Source of the DNA: Isurus oxyrinchus
Lineage: Eukaryota
NCBI GenBank assembly: GCA_026770705.1
Contig: JANJGN010000012.1
Span: forward strand, 76,322,001 to 76,386,000
Direction of reading: 5' to 3'
DNA: 64,000 nt
Positions 23,205 to 37,257 of this stretch are shown here, one piece after another. The notes under the pieces were generated by a model that did not search any database, was not told where the DNA came from, and saw only the letters and a program-made list of their open reading frames with translations. Both the position numbers and the translations under genes were made by a program. Each line of letters begins with the position of its first letter. Position 1 is the stretch's first letter.

Positions 23205-24971
23205 CTTGCAAGTGGGTGCAGGCTCTCCTTAATATATTACTAAGTCAATGCAAACCTGAAGGACTGACCCTGCCTCAGAAGGTGGTGGAGACGGGGGTCA
23301 TTGAATAGTTTTAAGGCAGAAATAGATAGATTCTTGTTAGGCAAGAGAATCAAAGGTTATCAGGGTTGGATGAGAATGTGGAAATTGAAACACAAGAAGA
23401 TCAGCCATGATCTTCTTGAATGGTGGAACAGGCTCGGGGGGCCGAATGGTCTACTCCTTTCATACGTTCAGATCTTGGACTGCCAATACCCATGGCAGCA
23501 GACCTCACAGCAAGAATTGGCACCTTAGATGAGGGAATGAGAAAAATGAGGAACAAAACTATATAAGAATTGACTTACTTTTCATAAACAGAATTAAAAC
23601 CTAAGTGAAAAATAAGTCAAAGTTTTGAAATTACTGTGCATATTCTTGCAAAGCCAAAATGCAACTCAAAACTGCAGTAATCTAATAAGTAATCTTGAAT
23701 GCACACTTACTTTGTGTTCACTGCTTCTCCACATGCATTCACCTCCTCCAACATGCCACACACACTCCCCCAAGAAAAGCCTGCCTCCAATCACTGGCCA
23801 ACCCCAACTTACCGTGAAGTCCTTCCCTTGGAATACCTGGTGCAGCCACAGGCTGGATGTGGCCCGCAGGCCATAGTTTCCCCAGGTCTATGATAGATCA
23901 TATTGCATAAGAGGCCATTCAGCCCATTGTGCCTGTTCTCCTATCCTCATGGGCAAAATTTCACAGCATATCTGACACACAGTAATTTGGGGGGTCAGGT
24001 GGGGTGGGGCTCTTCACCACTGCTGGAAAGTGCATGTGTGGATATTGTGCAAGGGCCAGGACTGGGGCCCAGAAAACCAGCCTGATAACAACTCACTGTC
24101 TAGACTCATCTATGGAGGAAGGCCAGTTGTCAATGTGAGGGGAAGTGCCCACCAGAAAGATTCAGGAAAAATAGGATCAAAATAGGCAGGCATGGCAAAA
24201 ACTCACATTTTAACCTATTCCCTTGTTTAATAAATAAAAGCAACAAACAGCTCCACAAGAAATGTTATCAATTGCGAGAGGAGCTCAACTTGACTTGATT
24301 CAACAATACATTGAACACCAGGCTTCAGGTCAGGTCTGAATGAGCAGGCGCAATGATGCTTCTGTGAACGCCTAACAACAGATACTTTACTGGGGGATAA
24401 GTACAGTGGGACGGAACTGGTATGCACCCTTATGTGAGAGAGGATTTTGAATAGAAGATCAGCTGTATAAGAGAGTGCTTGTAATTAGTTGGCAGATTTC
24501 ATAACCTCACGATAGCTAATGAACCTACCAAGTGTTGTCACTGATGTAATACAAGCAACCAAATTGCAAATAGTAAGATCCCACAAACAGCAATGTAATA
24601 ATGACCAGACAAGCTGATTTTGTTTTTTAAGTGATGTCTGTTATGGGATTAATATTGGTCAGAACACAAGGGAGAACCCGCTTGCTCTTCTTAGAAATAG
24701 GGCCATAGAAACCTTTATGCCCACAGAGGACAAACTGAACCTCAGTTTAATGTCATATCTGAAAGACAACACTTCTGACAGTGCAGCACTCCCTCAGTAC
24801 TGTACTGCAGCGTCAGCTTAGATTTCAGGATCGAGCAATAACTCACTGATGAAGCACCACATCCAAACCAGGCTTCTCTCTTTCATTGTGGATGGCCCCT
24901 TTTAGTTACTTCAGAGTTCTAGCACTTGTGGTTTTTCTCTCCACCCCCATTAAAACCTGTACCCCACTTAC

Positions 24972-25101
24972 CGATGAACTCTGCCACTGCATCACATTCC
25001 CCTTCTGTTTTAATTGTGCCAACAATGCTGTCGTTCTCCAAGATTGGAAGAAACAGGTGTACAAAGTCTGAGGTGTATGGTGGAGCAATGACATCCAGTA
25101 C
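24972..25101 (-). CDS. NELFCD: NELFCD exon 14
   Basis: ttgcag|GTA to ATCG|gtaagt. VLDVIAPPYTSDFVHLFLPILENDSIVGTIKTEGECDAVAEFI; 130 nt. Confidence 0.97.
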
Positions 25102-25119
25102 CTGCAAGCACATAACAGA

Positions 25120-26220
25120 ATCAAAAAATTATGCAGCACAGAAGGTGGCATTCGCCCCATTGTGCCTGTGTCAGCACTTTGGTAAAGCAATCCAATTAGT
25201 CACACATCACTGCTCTTTCTCCATAGCCCTGCAAATGTTTCCCCTCCAATTTCCTTTTGAAAATCACTACTGAATCTGCTTCCAGCATCCTTTCAGGCAG
25301 TATGTTCTGGATCACGTCAATTTGTTGTGTAAAAGAAAAGTTTCCTCAAGTTGCCTCTGGTTCTTTTGCCAATCACCTTAAACCTGTGTCCTCTGGTTAC
25401 TGATCCTCTTATCAACAGAAACAGTTTCTCCTTTTTAGTCTATCAAAACCGTTCATCATCCTCTTGATTTTCTCAATCCTAAGGAGAACAACTCCAGTTT
25501 CTCCAGCCTCTCCACATAACTGAAGTCCCTTATCCCTTGTAACAACGCTGGAACAGTGGGCAGAATTGCCTCCTTCTGTGCGATATATTTTTATGTTTCT
25601 ATTCTAGTAAATCTCCTCTGCTCCCTCTCCAAAGTACTGACATCTTTCCTAAAGTGTGGTACCCAGAACTGAACACAATACTCTAATTGGGGTCTAACCA
25701 TTGCTTTATAAAGACTTATTTCCTTGCTTTTATAATCTATGTCTCTATTAATAAAGCCAAGGATCCCATTTGCTTTTTTTTTTAAAAGAGTTCTTTCACG
25801 TGACTCTAACACCTTCAAAGATTAGTGTACTTATAACCCCAGGCATCTCTAGTCCTGCACGCCCTTTAAAACTGTATCATTAAGTTCATATTGCCTCTCC
25901 TCATTCTTCCTACAAAAATATGTCATTTCATACATCATGCATCAAATTTCATCTGCCCATTTCACCGGTCTATCTTATCCCCTTGAAGTCTGTTACTATC
26001 CTCTACATTTTTGACTTATGCGTCATCTGCAAACATTGAAATTATGCTTTGTATATCCAAGCCCAGGCTGTATATCAAAAAGTGCAGCGATCCTAGTACT
26101 GACCCCTGTTCATTGTACGGTTCCCTCCATTTTAAAATCAGCAATCCACCACTTCTCCCTGTTCTCTGTCCCTGAGCCAATTTCATTTCCATGCTGCCGC
26201 TGCCCCTTTAATTCCCACCA
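25120..26220 (-). mobile_element. CR1 LINE RT/3' fragment
   Basis: KKANGILGFINRDIDYKSKE...RPQLEYCVQFWVPHFRKD. Confidence 0.85.
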
Positions 26221-26706
26221 AACAATGATATGGGGATGACATGGAGAATTTAAAAAGTCCTGAATCTATGACACAACATTTTATATCAATCACTGAGCTC
26301 CATTTGAGACAGACTTTCTCAGATAGTGATCAAACCTCCACAATGTTCCACCACTACGGCTGAAAGTCCAAATTTCTGTTCATTGCTGTCTGCTGTATAG
26401 TACATACCTCTGGACATTAGGTAAACACAGGGTATGGTCTCACTATGACGTCCCCTAGGGCAACTCAACTTGTGCCAACACTGGCCATCTGAGCTCATTC
26501 ATAAGAATGGCCACTTGGGTGGAATGGCAAGGGGCAGGTGGTGCCCACAGGGCTGCGTCCCTGCCTGAGTCAGCATCATTAGTACAGCAAGGGAAAACCT
26601 TCAGCTACAAATACAGCACACACTGCAAACCCAGAATCTACAGTCTGCCTGATGCACTAGTGCATTCAGCAACAAACTGCAAGAAATCAGTGCGCAAACT
26701 GCTAAC

Positions 26707-26847
26707 CTCTGTGACGAAGTATCTGATGAGTGAGATGTCTGTGTCCAGTTTCTCCAGACACTTGCGGATGTAGCTGACCACAGGCAGGACATAGCCACGA
26801 CTCAACAGGTGGACCATCCTGTCCAGCAGGGTCTTTTTCAACTCCAG
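26707..26847 (-). CDS. NELFCD: NELFCD exon 13
   Basis: tgctag|CTG to GAG|gttagc. [47 protein letters not shown]; 141 nt. Confidence 0.97.
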
Positions 26848-27963
26848 CTAGCAGTAAACACAAGGAAAACATATTAAACACTGAATGAACTGCATCCCCA
26901 ACACATTCTACCCATACCCGACTGCCCCAATTATCAGATCAAAGTCAAGAGATGTGGAAATGAGGGTCAGGAGAAAGCTGCAATGCTCTAGGGTTGCTGC
27001 AGGTGTACAGGCACCAAGAGGGTCTTCAACTGGCTTTGTGCACTGGGTTACCATGGGGTGGAGAAACTGAAATAAAGCATTAAGCAGCTCTTTCGAAAAA
27101 GGGGACAGTTGATGCCAGTATCTGATAGTGCAAGTAGATACACAGCAAACCTTTATTGAGGATAGACAGAAAACCTAACCAGAGAGCCTCACCAGCCAAT
27201 CAGCGGAGGACCCTTGAAGCTACATGGATACTTACGCTGAGTTTTTCCAGGTATTCTTGTTTTTGGTTCAGATTTCCAGCATCCACAGTATTTTGCTTTT
27301 ATCTGATACTTTAACTGTTCCCTAACTCCAAATCATTCTAGGAAGAAGGCCCAAATGTTGCTTGCTAGTGGGGAGTCTCACCCTCTCAGGATGGAAGAGA
27401 ACTCCCTCAGAGAGAACTAAGGAACAGAAAGTTTGTGACCAGTAGCATTAAGATACCTTGTCAGATACGCAGTATAGTGTAACTACACAGGAATTCCATC
27501 TGTCATAATGCACATAAAGCTCTACTACCAATTATCCACACTGTTCCAGAAAGAGTTTACCATTTACCACAAGTTACATCCTTACACCATACATGGGGTT
27601 CCTCATTTGTGTCAACTGTGCTGCATTTCCAGAAAAGTTCTTCCAATGGATTCATATCTTGTGAACACTGAATGACAACTGACTCTTAGAAGGACTCTTA
27701 ACAGATACAGAATGGAGCCTTAATCCTATTTGCAATGATAAGGCTCAGCTAAAATCCTGCTAGAGGGATCACACAATGTTTTACAGTCTCCGCCAAAAAT
27801 GGGACCTTCATCCTGTCTATAGTGGCTGCTCTTAAACCACAGTCCAGTAGTTAAAAAAAACAAACAAGCAAACAAACAATTGCTTGGCACTCTTTTTTTG
27901 TACGGTATTTCTGTTCCTGATCCTAGAGCTCTCTGCCAATCCCCAAGCAACAGGAGGGATTAC

Positions 27964-28059
27964 CTGCTCCATGACATCAAGCTGGGAGTGTTCAGTCTCA
28001 AACAGTTTTACAAGGAGCTGCAATACTTGGGGATGGAGGAGTTGGTGGCAGGTACTGAT
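27964..28059 (-). CDS. NELFCD: NELFCD exon 12
   Basis: tctccag|ATC to CAG|gtaatc. ISTCHQLLHPQVLQLLVKLFETEHSQLDVMEQ; 96 nt. Confidence 0.97.
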
Positions 28060-29657
28060 CTGGAGAAAGACACAAAGGCAAATAAGACAATTACAATCAA
28101 AGTCCTAAATTCATTCAAAAATAAGCAATACTACAGCTCAGTTCCCCAAATGGTAAAGAGGTACAACACCGGTCAGTCCCATGTTAGCTGATCTCTGCTG
28201 GGGTAGCAGTAGGAACACTAAACTTGGTCTCAGCACGACTCAAGTGAGCCAACAAAAAGGTCAGCCACGGATCCCATTCCAGTTCACTATAGTCCTGGCA
28301 GATTTGGAATATCCCTGGTAATGTTCCCTCTAAATTTTTCTCATTGTGCTTGCTCATTTGAATGCATAGTAGCTTTAAACATTTTGGATGATATCTTATA
28401 GGGGATAACTTGTGAGCAACCTGCATGGTGTCTTCCGAGTTGCTGAATGGTCGTGCACACGCAGTACACAGTTCACACAGAACACTGGTTCCTGGTTTAT
28501 ATCACCACCTGTCCCATCAGTTCCTGAATGTTCCTAGTTCCACCCAACATGGATTCTATAACCCACCATGGAATCCATCCGCCAGCAACTTTACTTACAC
28601 TTACAGAGTGTGCTGCGCATATACAGCTGACTGGTTTGCAATTGCTGCTGTTTATGTGAATCTTGTGCTCACTGAGACATATTGCCAAATAATGGGACAC
28701 TTTTCGTCCCAGGGTTCCCATTGTCAATATCAGGCATTCCTAGATTAGGTGTAGCATAAATAAAACTGTCATGCTCTACCCCACACTAATATCACTCAGT
28801 CACAAACTCAGAAAAGTATTTCCTGTTGCTCTGGTGTAAGTTTTCAGTTTTTTACACCCTCTGTCTTGTCAGTGAGATAACCAATTTAATGCCGAAATGT
28901 ACGGCTATTTAGCAAGTTCTCTCAAACAGTGAGATTTATCTGTTTCTGATATGATGGTTGAGAAATAAATGCAGACCAGAATAGTGGGAGAACTCCTCTG
29001 TTCATATTTGAATAATGGTATTGAATCTTTCACAACAACCTAAAAAGACAGATGGAGCCTGAAAGAGGATTTCTACTTAGGAAATGCTGCACTGTCAGCA
29101 GTGGAGCTTGAAGCCACAACCTTACGACTCAAAGTCAACGTGCTACCACTGAGCTAAAACTGACATTATATTACAGGTAGGTAAAGTAAAGTCAGATTAA
29201 TATTCAAAAGTAAATCACAGAATGGGTATTAATGAAAGATGCATTTAAAATAGATATCAGAAACACCACTACTGAAATGTTTGGAACATGCTGGTGGTGC
29301 TTTTGAGAGGGTAGCTGATGATCACTTTGGGCTTTTCAAGGTTACAACAGGAAGTGTTTTCAGTCAGTGAACTGAATCCACAGATGTACTTTGTAAAAAA
29401 ATACTATCATGAGCAGGAGCCTTGCTCACTTTTCTCATCTCCCTGAGATAGGGGCAACGAGGCTGATAATAATGAACCAACTACGGGCCCCAGCCAAGAT
29501 CCGCTAACTCAACACAGAACAGGGATAGAATCTCGGATATTTAATAAAATATGTCCTTCATCATGGGGAAGGGCTCCTAACTTCTAACACAAAAAATAAA
29601 CTGCGGCCTAAAATTACCCTAATGATTTGGCATGGGGATTATACACAGCTCAGTTAC

Positions 29658-29772
29658 CTCATCCAATAGGGCCAGATGAACAGGCGTATGGTCAGTCTGC
29701 AACTGAAAATAGCTGGGCTCTGACACAGTCCAATCAACCCATTTCAGCACTCCCATTGCTACCACTGGGAAC
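29658..29772 (-). CDS. NELFCD: NELFCD exon 11
   Basis: ttatcag|G to GAG|gtaact. FPVVAMGVLKWVDWTVSEPSYFQLQTDHTPVHLALLDE; 115 nt. Confidence 0.97.
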
Positions 29773-30560
29773 CTGATAATCAGAAAGGAATCATCAACTA
29801 ACATAATGTAAAATACAAATGTATGTCTCCCACAATTCATCATACAGAGACCAGTAGAGCATTCAGTCATCACCATTCTAACACTTGCCATTGCAACACT
29901 AAATTTCAATCCCAGAGACTCCTGGAATTTAGCCATTTTGATATCCATCAAGGAAGGGATCAATGACAGAGCTTAGAAAATTTCCAGCACTTCAGGAACC
30001 CAGTATTACCATCCAGCATGGTAACAAATTGCTGGATATTTACCACATTCTGCTGTATGCTAAGTATAGGACAGGTTTAAATATAGAATAAAGCTCTACA
30101 CTGTTCCATCAAATACTCCAACGGTAGGGCATTGATTCCCAGATCGATCACCTAGACTCATAACAGTTCATAAATGCAAATCCTTCAGTTTTATACAGAG
30201 AGAAGGAGGAATGAGATTCAGTGTTATACAGTTATGGGGCAGCAGGGATTCAGTTTTATATAGCTGATAAAATAGGGATGCGGGCAGAGGGTTAGTATTA
30301 CATAGAGACAGAGTGAGGGGAATCTGTGGTTCAGTCAGGTATAGAGAGGAGGAGGAGCGGAGGCGCAATATAATGCAGAGAGATGTGGGGGAGGGGATTT
30401 AAGTTATATAATGGACAGGACAGGGTGACAATGGGCAGAGGTTCCCATACCCTTTGGCAATCATTGGATATACTGATAGAGTGTCTGCAGGGCCCTATAC
30501 ATACCCTGTGATACTCACTGAATTCAATCAGAAGAGCATTCTATAGCCTGTGGGACTTAC

Positions 30561-30700
30561 CGAATACATTGATAGAGGGTCCCCAGTTCTGCAACCAGCT
30601 CTGAAGCCCCTTTGTTCTCATTGCAGCACAGGTTGTGAACCGTTTCAATGGCCTTCGATGTTGATTTCAGCTCGTCTTTGTTGATGTTAAATCTTTTGTT
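30561..30700 (-). CDS. NELFCD: NELFCD exon 10
   Basis: tttgacag|AAC to TTCG|gtaagt. NKRFNINKDELKSTSKAIETVHNLCCNENKGASELVAELGTLYQCIR; 140 nt. Confidence 0.97.
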
Positions 30701-31004
30701 CTGTCAAAAAAAAAAGCACCTCTGGGTTAAACAGATACAAAACACTAGGACACACTTGCAACTTGTACATTCTGCCCCCAAAATCCTTGCTAGCTTTTCA
30801 AACCTGTCAAACAGAAGTTCACTCTGTAACTGTTTCAGATTTGCGTATTAGAAGCTTAAATTTCCATTCTTAAGTGACTGTCCCAGCACTGAACTGCCAA
30901 AAGCTTTCAGCTCTTCCAATTACTACCCCATCAATGTACTCTTAATCATCAGCAAAGTGCAGAAAGGATTCAACAGTGTTGCAAGTGACACTTACACACT
31001 AATA

Positions 31005-31930
31005 ATCTGCTCTCTGGTGGTCAGTTTGGGTTCCATCAGGACCACTCAACTCCAGATTTCATCACAGCCTTGGTACGAACATGGACAAAAGAGCTGAATT
31101 CTAGAGCTGAGTTGAGAGTGACTGCCCACAGCATCAAAACAGCACTTGACCAAGAGTGGCATCGAGAAGCTCTAGTAAACTGAAATCAATGGGAATCAGG
31201 GGAAAATATTCCCTTGGCTGTAATCATGCCCAGCACAAAGTAAAATGGTTGTAGCTGTTGAAGGCCAATCATCTCAGCACCAGCACAATGCTGCAAGAGT
31301 TCTTCAGGATGGCATCCTAGGTTCTGTTGCTTCACCAATGACTTCCCTCTATCGTAAGGTCATAAGTGGGGCCATTCACTGCTGATTGCAATGTTCACTT
31401 CTCTTCACAACTCCTCAGATACTGAAGCAGTCCATGCCCGCATGCAGCAAGACCAGGTAATGTTCCGGCTTGGGCTATTAAGTGGCAAGTAACATTCATG
31501 CTATATAAATACATACGAACACAAATCAAATGCAGGAGTAGGTCATTCGGCCCCTTGAGCTTGCTCTGCCATTTAATAAGATCATGACTGATCTGACTGT
31601 GGCCTCAACTCCACATGCCACCTAGTCCCAATATCCTTTGACTCCATTGTTGGTCAAGAACCTATCTATCACTGCCTTAAAAAATATTCAATGACCCTGC
31701 CTTTACTGCTCTCTGGGGAAGAGAGTTTCAAAGACTAATGACCCTTTGAGAGAAAAAAATTCTCCTCATCTCAATCTTGCATTTTTAAACAGTGACCCCC
31801 TGGTTCTAATCTCTCCCAGAAGGGGGAACATCCTTTGAGCATTCACCTTGTCAAATCCCCAATTGCCCGACGATTACCATCTCCAACAAAAGTGAGTCGA
31901 AAAAGCTCCCCTTGACATCCAAAAGCATTG
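31005..31930 (+). mobile_element. RT-region fragment of the same LINE family, interrupted by a CR1 3' end on - (about 31505-31860)
   Basis: atggacaaaagagctgaa...gagagtgactgccc matches 13708-13755; catgcagcaagacc matches 14082-14096. Confidence 0.75.
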
Positions 31931-33009
31931 CCTTCACCTCTGAACCAGGTAGTTTACTATCTGAAGTGAAAGACAGCAGCTCTGACAATGCAGCACTCCT
32001 TCAATTCTACACTGCAGCGCTAGTCAAGGCTACGTGCTCAAGACCAGGAGTGGGACTTGAACCCATGAACTCTAACTCCAAAGCGGGAATGTTCCAAACT
32101 GACACTCAAAACGTCATCACGTTTGGTCAGTATGATTTACTTTCTCTTTTTCTTACATAAATTAGATGATCTCCCAAGGATTTGGGAATGGGTAGTCTGG
32201 AACACCATGGTGATGCGTAGCTACTAACACATTCTTCATGCTGTTTGTAAGTTACTCCAGGTCAATGACTGGATGCCTTTTTTAAAACCTGCTTTGCATC
32301 GGCGTTAAATATGATATCTGGGTTCTGATAGTGGGTACTACACACAATACCTAAATATATAAAATGCAGGTAATTCTGCAGTTGATTGCAGATTGCCCTA
32401 GACAACCTCCTAGGATGTTCTTTTCCTGCTGATCCTATGTTTTACTACAGCATCATCAGTCTTAGCAGAGATTGGCTACATCCCCAAAACAAAAACCTTT
32501 ATTCATGTGTTTTCCCTCTTTTGGTCACTTCTTTTTGAGTACAAGAGATGACGTAAATTGGGATTGGCAATGCCAAGATGGTGTTTCAACAGCTTGTAGA
32601 CTGGAGAAGGAAGAGAGGTCAGGAGTTTGCCAGTTTTAAAATCCCGAAATGGAATGAGATTGAGTATGAGACCATGCAATCAGCTATCATTTCAACACAG
32701 TGGGGAACGTGTGGAACCAAGTACAGAAGGAACCAGGCAGGAAAATTCGAAGGAGCAATAATCCCTTTTAACAGAACCAATAAAATAGGAAGAGATGATA
32801 AAGATTGTGATGGAAGGAGAGAACAATAACCAATCACCAGCTTTTCTTTCCAACATGTTCTAGAGTTAGAAGAGAGATGTTCAAAGAATAGTCTGTGCAC
32901 TACTGTGTGAGCGTTGTGTGTGCTGAGTTACAGTCTGTTACATGAACGTAGTGTGTATGGAAGACCATCAATTCCACTGATGTTACTGTATCTGAAATAC
33001 AGAGCTGAC

Positions 33010-33144
33010 CTTTTTCCATGACTCCACCACGCTGGCTGCGTAGGCCAGGATGTAGATGTACTTGTGTTTATGCTCAGGATTGATTTTAGAGCCTGGCTTG
33101 AACAGAGATTGCATAAAAAGATCGAGGAAGGCAGGGACTCTGAT
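33010..33144 (-). CDS. NELFCD: NELFCD exon 9
   Basis: ttttcag|ATC to AAG|gtcagc. IRVPAFLDLFMQSLFKPGSKINPEHKHKYIYILAYAASVVESWKK; 135 nt. Confidence 0.97.
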
Positions 33145-33769
33145 CTGAAAAGAGACACAAAGGGTCACAGTTAGATTTAGACACACCAGTACAAATTTAG
33201 AATATGCTTGACAGGGAGTAGATCAATAACCTGAGGGAATAGAAAATAGGAGGAATATCGGCCTCTATTTGTAACATTGATTTTCAAACTGGGCCAGAGG
33301 GACTTGTGCGCGCAAAGTGCAAGCCAATTTCTATTTAAGGATAACTCTCCTGATGGTACCCAGTGTGGTATTTAGCCATGTTTTCCAAGTTTCCAGCTTT
33401 AGTTTATGTTGAGTTAAAGGATCTCAATAAATGAAACATAATCGGTCACTTGGGATAAGAAGACTTTAGATAAAACACAACAACCAGGTTTCTTGGTCCT
33501 GTATAGGATTCAGTAACTCTTGCTTGAGATTGCACATGTGTGGTCAGTACGGAGGTTAGCCATGATTCTCCACACAGTCGAATAGCTTGCTCTCACTCAC
33601 TGTACAGAATTGCGTGGGATGCAAGCTCCTGGAGACACTGCCAACAATCATACTTGACCTCAAGTCAGGACATGAGTAAAGATAATTGGGAAATTAAAGG
33701 TGAGTAATTTTATTTTAGAGAGAATGGCTTCTTGTCTCAGTGATACGAGTGACTGAGTGCTATTCTTAC

Positions 33770-33935
33770 CAGTTCCACAGGAGGTGGATCCATACTTGTG
33801 AACATTTTATACAACACAGTGATGTCGGCTGGATTCAGAGCTCCCTTGGAGAGCATGGCACCCAGAGCCTGACAAGCTCGAGGGTAGGATGCAGCTGTGC
33901 CCAGGGCTAGGGTGATCTGGCTGGCGTCATGGCCT
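33770..33935 (-). CDS. NELFCD: NELFCD exon 8
   Basis: ccctcag|A to CTG|gtaaga. GHDASQITLALGTAASYPRACQALGAMLSKGALNPADITVLYKMFTSMDPPPVEL; 166 nt. Confidence 0.97.
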
Positions 33936-34187
33936 CTGAGGGAAGGTAGTACAAAGATAATTATTTTTCATGATGACACAAAAGAAAGATTGTGAAAAGG
34001 GTTGGCAATCTGTGTTTGAAGTTACTGAGCAGCTAGTTAATCATCATAAAAGTGAAACATAAAGGTTTGGGAAGTGGGAAGCACTGCTGTGCTGGGTCTG
34101 CTGATCTCGTTTTCTGTGGTAGAATGGGCCTCATCATCCCAGGGTCACTGAGGTAAAAGTCAGCCAGCATTTGCGTTTCTAAGCATC

Positions 34188-34556
34188 AGCCGTGACTCAG
34201 TTGGTAGCACTCTCGCCTCAGTCAGGTGGTTGTGGGTTTAAGTCCTACTCCAGGACTTGAGGCCAAAAATCAATGCAGACACTCCAGTGCAGTACTGAGG
34301 GAGTGCTGCACTGTTGGAGATGGCAACTTTCAGCTGAAGGCTAAACTCGGGCCTCATCTGTCCTCTCAGGCAGACATAAAAGATCCAATGATACTATTTC
34401 AAAGAAGAGTGGGCAAATTATCCATGCTGTCCTGGCCAATATTTATCCCTCAATTGACAATACAAAATCAGATTATATGCTCATTATCACACTTCTGTTT
34501 GTGGGAGCTTGTTGTGCACATATTGGCTGCCACATTTCCTACATTACAACATTGAC
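34188..34556 (+). mobile_element. tRNA-headed SINE with Deu-domain-like body (SacSINE1/AmnSINE1-like)
   Basis: A-box-like tgactcagttgg and B-box-like ggtttaagtcc; body cagtactgagggagtgctgcactg...aaaagatccaatgatactatttcaaagaagag...tcctggccaatatttatccctc...tttcctacattacaac. Family assignment is from memory. Partial relatives near 3340-3620(-), 24560-24830(-), 28960-29160(-), 31950-32100(-), 41960-42160(+), 49600-49990(-), 61330-61485(+), 63955-64000(+). Confidence 0.75.
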
Positions 34557-34669
34557 TGCAATCTGAAGCACCAACAGGGGCAGAGCCGTTTGGGAGCACT
34601 GCAGCATTGGGAAAGGGAAAATAAACAGCCACATTCCCTACTCTTCAACACTATTCAGTATTCTCCAAT

Positions 34670-36290
34670 GGCGGAAAGATGAGAAGGAAAGCAGGGAATT
34701 ACAGATCAGCTACCAAAACATCTGTTGTCAGGAAATTACTGGAGTCTATAATTAAGCGTCGAATGACTGAACACCTTGGAAATTTTCAACTGATCAGAGA
34801 AAACCAGCATGGATTTGTAGCTTTGCTTCGATGAAGCTAATTGAATTTTGAAGAGGTGACTAAAGTAGTCGACATACTCCATGGATGTAATTTTATGGAC
34901 TTCCAGAAGGCATTTGATAATGTGCTTCATTAAAGACAGTTAGTTAAAGTTAAAGCTCCTGGAAGTAAAGGCAAATTATTGACCTGATTGGAAAATTGGT
35001 AGAGTGGTGGGAGACAGAGAACAGGGATAATGGGCAGGTACTTTAATTGGCAGGATGTGATGAGCAGCAAACAAGGATCTGTGCTGAGGCCTCAACTATT
35101 CACCATATTTATTTATAACTTGGATGACAGGATAGAAAATCACAGATCATACTTTGTTGTTAACACCACGATAACCAAATTTTACGATGAAAGCTAAAAT
35201 TACAAAGCGATATTGACAGATTAAATGAATAGGCAAAACTGTAGCAAATGGATTTCAAAGTAGGTAAATATGAGGCCATCCATTTTAGATCTAAGAAGGA
35301 TACAAACAGTGTACTTTCTAAATGGTGAAATGCTGCAGAAATTGTAGAGGTCCAAAGAGGTGTGGGGGTCCAGGTACATAGGCTAGGAAAATGTCATGAC
35401 CAAGTACAGAGGATAATCAAAAAGGCTAATGGAATGCTGGCCTTTACATCTAGAGGACTGGAATACAAGAGGATAGAAGTCATGCTTCAGATATACAAAA
35501 CCCTGATTGAACTACATCTTACAATTCTGGCTATCTTGGTGTTAATAGCAAATCTTGAACTATTGTTTTCTATCCCATCATCTAAGTCATAAATAAATAT
35601 GGTGAATGGTTGAGGCTTTAATACCAATCTTTGCAGGATGCTGCTAGTCACATCCTGTCAATTAGAGTACTGAGAACAGCTCCGCTCCATAGGAAGAATA
35701 TAATGACTTAGGAGAGAGTGCACAGTAGATTGACCGGAATGATATCTGGACTCCACAGGTTAAGCTATGGGGAACAAAAGCAAAATACTGCAGATGCTGG
35801 GAATCTGATAATGCTGGAAATACTTAGCAGTTCAGGCAGCATCTGTGCGATGAAAGGTCATCGAACTGAAACTTTAGCTCTGTTTCTCTTTCCACAAATG
35901 CTGCTGGGCCAGTTAAGTATTTCCAACATTTTCTATTTTTTTTACTCAAACCAGGGTCATGTTTCCAAGAATTTAGAAGGATGATTTGATTGAAGTTTTC
36001 AAGGTATCAAAGTAGATTAGACAGAGTCTTGGACTTCAGGACTGAAATTAGGAAATACTTCCACACACAAGGGGTGATAAAAGTTTGAAACTCTCTTCTG
36101 CAATTCTCAACTGATGCTAGGTCAATTGTTGATTTTAAATCAGACTTTGATAGATTTTTGTAAACCAAAGTTATTAGGGGATATGGGGTAATGGTTGGCA
36201 TATGAAGTTAGTGCTTAGATCAACCATGATCTCACTAAATTGGGAATAGGCTCGAGGTGCTAAATGGCCTTTCGCTGTTCTTATTACCTA
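34670..36290 (+). mobile_element. CR1 LINE RT/3' fragment with nested insertions
   Basis: gacttccagaaggcatttgataa (DFQKAFD); KKANGMLAFTSRGLEYK; CR1 tail near 36220-36285. Confidence 0.8.
35775..35945. mobile_element. Penelope terminal-repeat fragments in inverted arrangement inside a CR1
   Basis: Reverse tail (aaaatactgcagatgctggg...gcagcatctgtg), then gatgaaaggtcatcgaactgaaac, then a forward tail. Confidence 0.65.
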
Positions 36291-36532
36291 TTTCCTTATG
36301 ACAGCATTACTATGGGGATGTCGAGCAAGAGTCAGGCTCACTGTGCATGATCACATATGAGCAACAGCTATATGGATGAAGTAATGGAAGATTACCTGCG
36401 CCCATGGAACTCTACCCTCAGCACTTTAAGAAAAGTGGGGAGAAAATTAGTGAGGAAAGAGTTTTCAGCGTGTACCTGAAAAAAAAGGTCTTTAAAATTT
36501 CCCAAAGACTCAAGGATTTCTTATGTACTTAC

Positions 36533-36663
36533 TTCTCGTGCGCATATCTCTGAACTTCCTGCGCAATTCTTCGGACGGCTGCCCCACCCTGTTCCTCCTG
36601 GGCTAAGACAGACATTATGGACTGAGCATACAAGTACGTATGCTCCCCATGACAGACCATTTT
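36533..36663 (-). CDS. NELFCD: NELFCD exon 7
   Basis: ccacag|AAA to GAGAA|gtaagt. KMVCHGEHTYLYAQSIMSVLAQEEQGGAAVRRIAQEVQRYAHEK; 131 nt. Confidence 0.97.
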
Positions 36664-37257
36664 CTGTGGAAATTAGAAAGCACAGAGTTATTGAATACAG
36701 ACACAATACAGTAGAGATGCAGCTGCAGACATTTAGGTAGAGATTTCATAATACTCAGCAAAGTTACAGCCCAATGGAGAAAGAAAGACTCTTGGGGAAG
36801 AGTGCACCATCCATGGTTAACTAAGGAAGTTAAAGAAAGTATCAAATTGACGGGAAAACAGTATAATTTTGTAAAGATTAATGGTCAGTCAGATTAATGG
36901 TCAAAATTTTAAAAACAGAATAGAATGACTAAAGAAAAGGAAGAAATTAGAGAATGAGAGAAAGCTAGCTAGAACTGTAAAAACAGGAAAAAGAATTTAA
37001 AAAAGAGTAATTAAAGGGTCCACTGATCCTCTAGGGAGAGAGTCGGGGGAATTAATAATGGGAAATAAGGAAATGGCAAAAGCGTTGAACAGGTATTTTG
37101 TGTCTGTCTTCACTGTAGACGACACAAATAATATACCAGAAATACTTGTAAATCAAGAAGTGAGAAAGGGAGGGAGGAACTTAAAACAATTACAATCACC
37201 AGGGAAAGGATACTGAGTAAATCATTATAACTATAGGTTAACAAGTCCCCAGAACTG